DNA of 41,343 nt from a virus. The stretch lies in IMG/VR virus record IMGVR_UViG_3300031110_000004; one strand, written 5' to 3'. The position numbers were made by a program, and so were the translations under genes. Position 1 is the stretch's first letter; each line of letters starts with the position of its first letter. Of the stretch, positions 26,409 through 33,173 are shown piece after piece. Under the pieces are notes generated by a model. The model was not told the origin of the DNA. It saw only the letters and a list, made by a program, of their open reading frames with translations, and did no database searches.

Positions 26409-26932
26409 TGAAGACCTCAAGCAAGTATCTATCCGCTGCTGTGCTGGCCTTGGTAGCCGCCGGCGCATCGCAGACCAGCATCCTGGATCAATTCATCCGC
26501 GAGAAGGAAAGCGGTGACCGTTACGAACTGAAGGCCTACCAGGACGGCGCCCGGGTATGGACCATCTGCGACGGCAAGACGGCTGGCGTCAAGAAGGGCG
26601 ACACCATGACCAAGGCCCAGTGCGATGAATGGCGGAAGTCAGAGATCGGCCGGCGCCTGGCCGTAGCACACCGGGTCATCAAGGTGCCGATGAGCGAAGC
26701 GGCCTGGGCTGGGTTCGGCTCGTTCTGCTGGAACATCGGTGACGCCGGTTGCGAGCGGTCCACCAGTGCCAAGCTGATCAACGCCGGGCGCCAGGTCGAT
26801 GGCTGCAAATCCATGCTGAACTGGCGCTACATCACCCGCGACGGCCTGAAAGTGGACTGCTCACAGCCTAACCCCTACTGCGCCGGGGTGTGGGACCGCC
26901 GCAACGCGGAGGCCGAGCTATGCCAGCTCTGA
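26408..26932 (+). CDS. SAR endolysin (GH24 lysozyme-like)
   Basis: 174 aa. Weakly hydrophobic Ala/Gly-rich N-terminus YLSAAVLALVAAGAS. E-x8-D-x5-T spacing in EKESGDRYELKAYQDGARVWT. Confidence 0.82.
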   Translation: MKTSSKYLSAAVLALVAAGASQTSILDQFIREKESGDRYELKAYQDGARVWTICDGKTAGVKKGDTMTKAQCDEWRKSEIGRRLAVAHRVIKVPMSEAAWAGFGSFCWNIGDAGCERSTSAKLINAGRQVDGCKSMLNWRYITRDGLKVDCSQPNPYCAGVWDRRNAEAELCQL

Positions 26933-27336
26933 AGGCATTGCTCGCCAGCCACTGGCTATGGCTGGCGCTTTTCGCCGCGGGCGTTGGGGTTGGTGGCTAT
27001 CTGATGCTTGGCCAAGTTCAAGACGCCCGGTCAGCTGCAGATGCTGCCAAGAAGGAAGCCAAGGAAGCATATGACAAGGCCGACGAGCTGGGAAAGTCGC
27101 TCGCCTCAGTGCTCGCCCGTCAGGCGCAGACGGATGCAAGCCTTGCCGTCCGGAAGCGCCAGGAGGCCGCCCTGCAGGCTCAACTCAAAGGATTGCATTC
27201 TGACCTTGACCGAGTGCTCAAAGATGACCCGAACTCTTCTGTGTGGGGCGCTGGCTGCGTCCCTGATGCTGTTGCTTCACGGCTGCGGCTACCGACAGAC
27301 CCAGACTGTCCAGCCGCCGCGGGAACTGCCCCCTGA
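26920..27336 (+). CDS. i-spanin (Rz-like)
   Basis: 138 aa from ATG 26920 behind GGAGG. N-terminal TM helix (WLWLALFAAGVGVGGYLML), then a coiled coil. Confidence 0.75.
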   Translation: MPALKALLASHWLWLALFAAGVGVGGYLMLGQVQDARSAADAAKKEAKEAYDKADELGKSLASVLARQAQTDASLAVRKRQEAALQAQLKGLHSDLDRVLKDDPNSSVWGAGCVPDAVASRLRLPTDPDCPAAAGTAP

Positions 27337-27511
27337 ATCTCTGCTGGTCGATACGCCTATTCCAGCACCTGAAGGCCGGAAGAACTCCGATCTAGCCAAG
27401 TGGGCGCCGGAACTTTACTGCGCACTGATGCAGTCCAATGCGGACAAGGCGGCCCTGCGCGCTTGGCGGGAGGGCAAGCCGTACACGGCCGATGCATTGA
27501 CTTGTGAGTGA
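27224..27511 (+). CDS. o-spanin (Rz1-like lipoprotein), overlapping the 3' part of the i-spanin gene
   Basis: 95 aa in the +1 frame. Signal plus lipobox ...LMLLLHGC. Pro-rich mature part. Confidence 0.72.
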   Translation: MTRTLLCGALAASLMLLLHGCGYRQTQTVQPPRELPPESLLVDTPIPAPEGRKNSDLAKWAPELYCALMQSNADKAALRAWREGKPYTADALTCE

Positions 27512-27515
27512 CAGC

Positions 27516-28385
27516 ATGTCCAGAAACTTTCCCCTTCAAACCTCAGCCGAACCACAGATAATCCCGATTGCCGGTGGCGAGTCGGGATTCCACAGAATCT
27601 TCGTAGCCTTTGCCACCGCTCCATCTGGCGGGTATGTCAGCGTCGAGAAACGCCTTCTTGGGTCTCCATACTGGATGCCCATCATCGGCGGCGAGAACGT
27701 TCCGATCACGTCCGGAGAGGTATCGGTATTTACCGATGGCACCATCGGCGCCTTGCGCATCACGTTCATTGCCCTGGCTGGCGGCACGAGCCCAACGCTC
27801 TGGCTCAGTAGCTCGCCAACCGCATGGCCGCCGCTTTCTCTCATGACCGACAAGGGCACCGGCCCGTCAGCCCGCCTCCGCGTAGATCCAGGCCAAACCG
27901 GATTCTTCGCCGGCCGGTTCTTCCGTTCTTACATCGAGGCCCTGATCCCGGTGGCTGGCCCATCGGTTCAATTCCGCTTCACCAGTCCTGTCGACTTCAT
28001 CCTCTGGTCGCAGGTCATGGAGCTCACGCAAGGTGCTCTGGAGCTGCGTATTTACTCAGGAGCCACCAGCAGCGGAACCTGGACCCAGCGCCCGGTGATC
28101 GGCGTCAACCGGATGGCTGAGCGCCCGCAGCCCCTGTATGCGGCCCAGGCAACGCTGGAGACGGGCGGAAACTTCACTGGTGGCACAGAGGTCGACCTAA
28201 TCAAGGTGCGCACCTCCTCGGCAAACAACAGCGCCCAGAACGTAGGCCTGACCTCAAGCGAGCGCGGCCTTCCTGCCGGTGTGTTCCATGGCCGGTTCGC
28301 CACTCTGGCCGGGGGGCTTACCGTTAACGACGCCGCCCAGCTCCTATACAGCCTGCAGTGGGAAGAGCGGCCAGTGGTGCTGTAA
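27516..28385 (+). CDS. Hypothetical late protein (289 aa) downstream of the lysis cassette
   Basis: ATG 27516 (alternative GTG 27504). No TM segment or recognised motif. Last gene before the bidirectional terminator. Confidence 0.7.
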   Translation: MSRNFPLQTSAEPQIIPIAGGESGFHRIFVAFATAPSGGYVSVEKRLLGSPYWMPIIGGENVPITSGEVSVFTDGTIGALRITFIALAGGTSPTLWLSSSPTAWPPLSLMTDKGTGPSARLRVDPGQTGFFAGRFFRSYIEALIPVAGPSVQFRFTSPVDFILWSQVMELTQGALELRIYSGATSSGTWTQRPVIGVNRMAERPQPLYAAQATLETGGNFTGGTEVDLIKVRTSSANNSAQNVGLTSSERGLPAGVFHGRFATLAGGLTVNDAAQLLYSLQWEERPVVL

Positions 28386-28416
28386 AGAAAAGGCCCGCAT
28401 TGCGCGGGCCTTGTTT
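28384..28416. terminator. Bidirectional intrinsic terminator at the convergence of the late and leftward operons
   Basis: AAAGAAAA-GGCCCGC-attgc-GCGGGCC-TTGTTT. The 7-bp GC stem is flanked by A and T tracts. Confidence 0.75.
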
Positions 28417-28637
28417 CATGGGCACGGGATCAGTTCTGGGTTTCGCCTGATAAGACCTTTGCTTGATAGATCGAGGCCTTTAGTCATGCCGGCGTACTCG
28501 GGATCATGCGGTGATCGCCACTTACCATCGTTCCACCATTTCCAGTCCTTACCTGAGCAATCCCGCCACGGGTTTAGGCTTCCGATGTAATAGTGCGTGG
28601 CGCCTTCTGGCTTATCGGACCAGTCGATCCCGCTCAC
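28416..28637 (-). CDS. Hypothetical Trp-rich protein (73 aa)
   Basis: GTG start in a GTGA overlap with the upstream stop. Last gene of the leftward operon. Confidence 0.5.
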   Translation of the reverse strand: MSGIDWSDKPEGATHYYIGSLNPWRDCSGKDWKWWNDGKWRSPHDPEYAGMTKGLDLSSKGLIRRNPELIPCP

Positions 28638-28960
28638 TTCTTCACCCCAATGCTCTCGATCCCCACGAACAGCCGAGTACCGCCATCGACTGCCTGAACC
28701 TCACTGGCCGACAGCAGCCGCTCATGGATGACAATAACCGGAATATCGCGCCCGGCGATTCCGCAGTTGTCGACGGTCTTCTCGTAGCCCTGGCCCAGCG
28801 CCTTCATCTGGGCATCGTAGTCGGCCTCGTAGAAGCAGACGATGCTGCCGGACTTGATGACGTAGTGCGGGGCTGCCTTGGCCTTTCCAGAGGCAACCAT
28901 GCCAGCGACGAAGCCCAGCATGATGAGGGCGGAGGCTTTCACGAGTTGGGATTTGGTCAT
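28634..28960 (-). CDS. Hypothetical secreted/periplasmic protein (108 aa)
   Basis: The N-terminus KASALIMLGFVAGMVASGKAKA looks like a cleavable signal peptide. ATGA overlap upstream. Confidence 0.6.
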   Translation of the reverse strand: MTKSQLVKASALIMLGFVAGMVASGKAKAAPHYVIKSGSIVCFYEADYDAQMKALGQGYEKTVDNCGIAGRDIPVIVIHERLLSASEVQAVDGGTRLFVGIESIGVKK

Positions 28961-29157
28961 TGCATGTTGCTCCTGATCAGGTCGATTACTTCGTTGACGC
29001 CCTTGGCATAGTCCTCGGGCTTGCTCTGCGTGCCCCGGCTGAGCACGGTGATGACATCGTCCAGGCCCTTGGCTTGGCCGCGCACCATAAGGACGCCGAT
29101 CTCCTCGGCGGTCTGGCGGGCCCAGCGCCGGCCCTCTATTCGCTCAAGCTGGCTCAT
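28957..29157 (-). CDS. Hypothetical protein (66 aa)
   Basis: ORF with an ATG start, overlapping its neighbours by 4 and 14 nt. Confidence 0.55.
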   Translation of the reverse strand: MSQLERIEGRRWARQTAEEIGVLMVRGQAKGLDDVITVLSRGTQSKPEDYAKGVNEVIDLIRSNMQ

Positions 29158-29446
29158 GATCTTCTCCCATGAAGTTCATCCCCATGGATAGTCCGATGTA
29201 CACCTCCAGCATCGCGCCCTTCGACATCGTGTATCCCGGCAGCAAGTAGATCGTGTCGCACTCCATCAGCTGCTTGATCGCCATGCGCATGTAGGCACTC
29301 CAGCCCCCGAACGGTGGCTCCGGGTTCTCGGCCGGGTTCTCGACGTGGTGGCCAAGGCCGCGCAAGCGCGCAGCCTCAGCGTTGAATGCCGGGTAGTTCA
29401 GGTCCTTGATTCCGGACATCGGCCCGGAGATGTAGATCCGCTTCAT
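29144..29446 (-). CDS. DUF4406-like protein (nucleoside 2-deoxyribosyltransferase-like fold)
   Basis: 100 aa from ATG 29446 in an ATGA overlap. MKRIYISGPMSG...YPAFN... is typical of DUF4406. The track's N-terminal extension lies inside the upstream gene. Confidence 0.62.
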   Translation of the reverse strand: MKRIYISGPMSGIKDLNYPAFNAEAARLRGLGHHVENPAENPEPPFGGWSAYMRMAIKQLMECDTIYLLPGYTMSKGAMLEVYIGLSMGMNFMGEDHEPA

Positions 29447-30162
29447 TTGCCTGCCCTCTCGAAAGCCTTGAGAAGCCATTCGTCTTTGTCGACCTGCCCG
29501 CGATACCAGCGGACGTAATCGCTGGGCACGTCCTCGATTCGCAGACCCTTGTGCTTGCCGAACGACATGATCGTCGGGATGCGGGCTTCGTCGCTGATCA
29601 GTGCCAGTTGCTCCCACGATTCAACCTCGACGCCTTTGTGCTTCAGCATCAGCACCAGGAAGCGCAGCAGCGCGGCACACATGCGAACGTCATCAAGCGC
29701 GGCGTGGGCACCCTTCACCAGGTCGCGAGCCCAGGCCATGCGGCCATAGATTCGCCCGATGTGGTAGATCATTGCCGCTTGCTTGTGGCTGTCCAATTCC
29801 GGAAATATCGAACGGCTCAGAGCCAGTGTGCAGATGCGGCGGACTTCTGGCTCACCCATCATCCGCCAGTCAAAGTCGATGTTGTGCCCGATCAGGTAGT
29901 CGGCATCGTCAGGCCATGCGAACCGCTCGCTATCCGCGCAGCCGTCCAGGTCTTCTTCGATGATGTTGTGCACCGACATTGCGCCCAGGCTGATCTGGAT
30001 AGATGGCCGGAACCTCTCATGGTAGAACTCGAATTGCTCCGGGCTCTTCACGGCGCAGAACCCTTCAACGGTGGCCGGCAGGTGAAGCCATGCCGCCTCG
30101 ATGATCTGGTCCGTTTCGTGGTCAGTACCGGTTGTTTCCGTGTCGCCGAGCAATACTTTCAT
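29443..30162 (-). CDS. DEDDh 3'-5' exonuclease (ExoX-like) with a C-terminal KHKG...DVP...Y..W domain
   Basis: 239 aa. Exo I DTETTG, Exo II GHNIDFD, Exo III HAALDD. The C-terminal FGKHKGLRIEDVPSDYVRWY matches the ExoX / DUF3820-type tail. Confidence 0.8.
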   Translation of the reverse strand: MKVLLGDTETTGTDHETDQIIEAAWLHLPATVEGFCAVKSPEQFEFYHERFRPSIQISLGAMSVHNIIEEDLDGCADSERFAWPDDADYLIGHNIDFDWRMMGEPEVRRICTLALSRSIFPELDSHKQAAMIYHIGRIYGRMAWARDLVKGAHAALDDVRMCAALLRFLVLMLKHKGVEVESWEQLALISDEARIPTIMSFGKHKGLRIEDVPSDYVRWYRGQVDKDEWLLKAFERAGK

Positions 30163-30198
30163 GGTCTTCGTCTCACTTTTGGTCTGTTCTGTTTCGGT

Positions 30199-30915
30199 TT
30201 AGGCGGTTTGTGTTTCACTTGCTGAGTATGGTGAATGCTGCCGCAGCCACTCTTGGGTCTTGTCCGTTGCCAATGGCTCGGTTCCTGTCCATCCGATCGG
30301 CCATCCCATCAGGTTTTCCCAGAAATCCGGGTTCACATACAGCTTGCCTATGGGCGTTCCACGCAATTTGTTCTGGCTCCCTCCGACCTCCTGGAATGTT
30401 CCGCCCCATCGGCTTGAGCCATGGCATGGAGTCGGCCACGATCCAGCAACGGGAACGGGCATGAGGGGCGCCAACATGGTTTGATCCCAGCACTCCCCAT
30501 CTTGCAGAGAACCCCAGGTCGGCCAGGTCACCGAGCACAACTCCGAGTCCTCGATGAGTGAGCGCTGACGAGTTTTCCACGAACGCGAATCGCGGTCGTA
30601 CTTCGCCAATGATTCTTGCCATTTCTTTCCACAGGCTGCTGGCCTCGCCTTCAATGCCTGACTTCTTTCCTGCCTGAGATATGTCGGTGCAGGGGAAGCC
30701 CCCAGAAACGACATCAACAACTCCGCTCCAGGGGCGTCCGTCGAAGGTACAAACATCATCCCAAATGGGGAACGGCTGAAGATGGCCTTCATTTTGCCGC
30801 TGCATGAGTCGGCTGGAACAAAAGGTATTGATCTCCACCGCGCAAACCGTTCTCCATCCGAGCAGTTTTCCGGCGAGAATTCCGCCACCAGCGCCTGCGA
30901 AAAGTGCCAGCTCAT
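30199..30915 (-). CDS. Alternative +1-frame ORF over the whole methyltransferase gene (frame B, 238 aa) carrying a WPTP / LMGWPIGWT module. Status unresolved.
   Basis: ATG 30915 is 4 nt after the frame-A ATG, behind the same GGAG. Open for 238 codons. Contains SWKTRQRSL, TWPTWGSLQDGECW, GSWPTP and NPDFWENLMGWPIGWT. See findings. Confidence 0.35.
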   Translation of the reverse strand: MSWHFSQALVAEFSPENCSDGERFARWRSIPFVPADSCSGKMKAIFSRSPFGMMFVPSTDAPGAELLMSFLGASPAPTYLRQERSQALKARPAACGKKWQESLAKYDRDSRSWKTRQRSLIEDSELCSVTWPTWGSLQDGECWDQTMLAPLMPVPVAGSWPTPCHGSSRWGGTFQEVGGSQNKLRGTPIGKLYVNPDFWENLMGWPIGWTGTEPLATDKTQEWLRQHSPYSASETQTA

Positions 30916-30919
30916 TCAT
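30215..30919 (-). CDS. DNA (cytosine-5)-methyltransferase, compact form (frame A)
   Basis: 234 aa from ATG 30919. Motifs LFAGAGGG (I), GGFPCTDIS (IV), FVENS (VI), GAPHARSRCWIVA (VIII), RAIGNGQ (X-like). ATGA overlap with the upstream ATPase stop. Confidence 0.8.
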   Translation of the reverse strand: MNELALFAGAGGGILAGKLLGWRTVCAVEINTFCSSRLMQRQNEGHLQPFPIWDDVCTFDGRPWSGVVDVVSGGFPCTDISQAGKKSGIEGEASSLWKEMARIIGEVRPRFAFVENSSALTHRGLGVVLGDLADLGFSARWGVLGSNHVGAPHARSRCWIVADSMPWLKPMGRNIPGGRREPEQIAWNAHRQAVCEPGFLGKPDGMADRMDRNRAIGNGQDPRVAAAAFTILSK

Positions 30920-32646
30920 ACGGTCTCCGCTATGCCGCCACGGATCCACACACTGGCGTAGCTGGCGTGCGGCGGCATCGGCTGCTTCATGGTCCCGGCG
31001 ATAATCATGGTGTCCATTGCGCCCAGCTGGTCCAGTTTCAGCAGCATACCCAGCAGCCGCTGGCGAGATTTCGAATCCAGAACGTCGAACCGGTCAAGCA
31101 TCACAAGGCGCAGTTGGCTGATCTGCGCGATGGCCAGGGCAATCAGTGCGTCGGCGCGCCACTTCTCGGATTCGCTGCACAGGCCGTACAGGCGGCCGCC
31201 GAAGGTGATCGACATGTCAGGCTCTACAACGGCCTTGGCCCAGCCGCACATTCCAGAGAGAACGGCAATCGACTGGTTCACAGGGGCCAGTGCATCGTTC
31301 AGCAGCTCACCAGGGATTCCGTCCGGAGCCAGGGCATCGCCGGCCGCATTCCAAGCCTTGACTGTGGCATGGGCTTCGGCTGCCTTGTTGGTCTTCTCGT
31401 CGACTTTCGCTGCGGCGCCCTTCAGGTCTTCCAGGGCCTTGAAGTCAACGCGCAGCTGGGCAATTGCGTCCTTCAGCTGCTGGACGCTGTCACGGGCTCG
31501 CTGCATCTTGTCTGCGTCGAATGCTGATCCTTCCTCACCCCTGATGCGTTTAGCCTCCTGCTCGGCCGCCTTGCTCTCGGCAATGGCTTCCTGATCCTTC
31601 GCTACTGTGCTGCGCAGCAGATTGACTGCATCCTTGGCCTTGGTCAGCTCGAGCGCAGCGTCGGAAATCTTTCCGGTGCCCTCCTTCAGGCCTACGTACT
31701 TCACCAGATGCCCGTCTACCATGCTCAGCGTCTCATCGCAGCATGGGCATTTCAGCGGCACCGTGGCGCCCTTGAGTGCCGTGACGGCGGCCTGCAGATC
31801 TGGCAGCTTGGCTTCCCACTTGGCCAGTTCAGTCTGATCGGCATCCAGCTTGGCTTGGCGTCGCTTCAGCAGACTGGCGGTATCTACAAGCTTCGATAGG
31901 CGCTCGGCTCGACCATCATGATCGCGCTGGGCCTGCTCCTGCTCGCCGATGAACTTGATCCCGCTTTCCAGGTCGGCCTGGTGCTTGGTGACCTTGGCGA
32001 CGATCTCCTGAAGGTCCTTTTCGGTTGGCACCTTGCCTTCGGGCGCTGGCGCCTCCCAGTCCTCGGCGACGTTGGTGCCCCAGTTGCTGCCGGTGATCGA
32101 TCGCCACACGCCCTTGGCCTGGGTTGCCCGGGCGTAGCACTCCTTGGCCGCCGACGGGAAGCCGCTGCGCATCATCGGAAGGATCTCTTCGATCAGGCTT
32201 TCGTCGACTCCACGCTCGGCCAACTTCTCGCCAACCAGCTTCGGGGAAGCCTTCACGGCGGTCAGCTTGAATAGCATGGTCCGGCGTTCGTCGTCGCTTA
32301 GGCTGGCGAACTTCTGCGGGTCCAGAACGAACGGCATGGAGTCGGCGCCGACGAACTCGCTGACGTGGTGGTCGCCCTTTGGCAGACGGAACTCTGCACC
32401 GTCGTCGTTATCATCGAAGGCGATACTCACGCGCCCCTTCTCGGCGCCGTTGTGTAGCAGCTGGCCCAGCTCCTTCTTGGCGTCAACGCGGCGCGGCTTG
32501 CCCAGGAAGGCCATGCTGATGGCGTCTGCGATGCTGCTCTTGCCTTGGGCGTTATCTGCTGACACCACCATGACGGCCTTGGCCATGTCCAGATCTGCTC
32601 GGCCAATGCCGATCACGTTGCTGATTTCGATTCGGTTCAGTTTCAT
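30916..32646 (-). CDS. Rad50/SbcC-like SMC-family ATPase with a CxxC hook
   Basis: 576 aa from ATG 32646 (AAGGAccaagaccaATG). Walker A SADNAQGKSS, long coiled coil with a central LKCPCCDE, signature-like CSESEKW, Walker B LRLVMLDRFD. Confidence 0.78.
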   Translation of the reverse strand: MKLNRIEISNVIGIGRADLDMAKAVMVVSADNAQGKSSIADAISMAFLGKPRRVDAKKELGQLLHNGAEKGRVSIAFDDNDDGAEFRLPKGDHHVSEFVGADSMPFVLDPQKFASLSDDERRTMLFKLTAVKASPKLVGEKLAERGVDESLIEEILPMMRSGFPSAAKECYARATQAKGVWRSITGSNWGTNVAEDWEAPAPEGKVPTEKDLQEIVAKVTKHQADLESGIKFIGEQEQAQRDHDGRAERLSKLVDTASLLKRRQAKLDADQTELAKWEAKLPDLQAAVTALKGATVPLKCPCCDETLSMVDGHLVKYVGLKEGTGKISDAALELTKAKDAVNLLRSTVAKDQEAIAESKAAEQEAKRIRGEEGSAFDADKMQRARDSVQQLKDAIAQLRVDFKALEDLKGAAAKVDEKTNKAAEAHATVKAWNAAGDALAPDGIPGELLNDALAPVNQSIAVLSGMCGWAKAVVEPDMSITFGGRLYGLCSESEKWRADALIALAIAQISQLRLVMLDRFDVLDSKSRQRLLGMLLKLDQLGAMDTMIIAGTMKQPMPPHASYASVWIRGGIAETV

Positions 32647-32804
32647 TGGTCTTGGTCCTTGGTCTGTGCAACTGGTTTTCGATGTTCGCGCTTCTCGGCC
32701 TTGGTGATCTGGTCGCGAAGCCATGCCGGCCCTAGCAGCCGCACAAAGCTTTCCCACTCCTGATCGTTAAGCCGTATGGCTCTGCTCTTTCGTTCCACGG
32801 TCAT
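32643..32804 (-). CDS. Hypothetical small basic protein (53 aa)
   Basis: ATG 32804; the track start 32849 is a TTG inside a hairpin. MTVERKSRAIRLNDQEWESFVRLLG... ATGA overlap with the ATPase start. Confidence 0.5.
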   Translation of the reverse strand: MTVERKSRAIRLNDQEWESFVRLLGPAWLRDQITKAEKREHRKPVAQTKDQDQ

Positions 32805-32847
32805 GCCTCGGTTTAGTGCCAGAAATCCGGCTGGCTTCGGTACTGCC

Positions 32848-32869
32848 AAAGCCCCAGTTAAGGGGCTTG
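32848..32869 (-). terminator. Hairpin downstream of the Rmf/CrpP-like gene (weak terminator)
   Basis: Minus strand: AAGCCCC-ttaact-GGGGCTT followed by TGG, so only a short T tail. Confidence 0.35.
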
Positions 32870-32885
32870 TGGGTGGTGGGGGTAG

Positions 32886-33047
32886 TTAGCTGGCACTCTT
32901 ATCGCTTGCTTCCTGCCAGCCGCGCCGCCACTCGCGGCGAGCAATGCGGATGTACTTGGACATAGAGCTGATCTGATGCGGGCAATCGTCCAGTGGCTTT
33001 CCGTCTTGGAATGCCTTTGCGCCTTCTTTCTCGTGATTGGTTTGCAT
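32886..33047 (-). CDS. Rmf/CrpP-family small protein
   Basis: 53 aa from ATG 33047 behind GGAGGGcaagacg. ...GAKAFQDGKPLDDCPHQ...REWRRGWQEA matches the Rmf/CrpP pattern (A-F/Y-x-G, CP-aromatic/His, W-x-x-GW). Confidence 0.62.
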   Translation of the reverse strand: MQTNHEKEGAKAFQDGKPLDDCPHQISSMSKYIRIARREWRRGWQEASDKSAS

Positions 33048-33120
33048 CGTCTTGCCCTCCAGGGCGTTGTTCGTTTCGATGGGTGAACTGTATATGCGTT
33101 TGCATATGCGCGCAAGTGGT

Positions 33121-33155
33121 TTTCTGAAAATAAAAAGCCCCAGCAATGCCGGGGC
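33121..33155 (-). terminator. Intrinsic terminator after the FtsK-gamma-like gene
   Basis: Minus strand: GCCCCGG-cattg-CTGGGGC followed by TTTTTATTTT. Confidence 0.72.
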
Positions 33156-33173
33156 CCATTCACTGCAGATCGA

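Noticed and set aside
29447-29617. N-terminal extension of the DUF4406 ORF (track 29144..29617), and similarly 30920..30949 for the methylase and 32647..32757 for the ATPase.
   Set aside because: The extensions lie inside the upstream genes and are Arg/Gly/Pro-rich. They precede internal ATGs that sit in ATGA overlaps or behind good SD sequences.
33085-33115. GCGCATATGCAAACGCATATAC, considered as a dif-like XerCD site because of the neighbouring FtsK-gamma-like gene.
   Set aside because: Only the GCGCATA part resembles the XerC arm of dif. The central region and the XerD arm (TTATGTTAAAT) are absent. It is more likely promoter or operator sequence for the CrpP-like gene.
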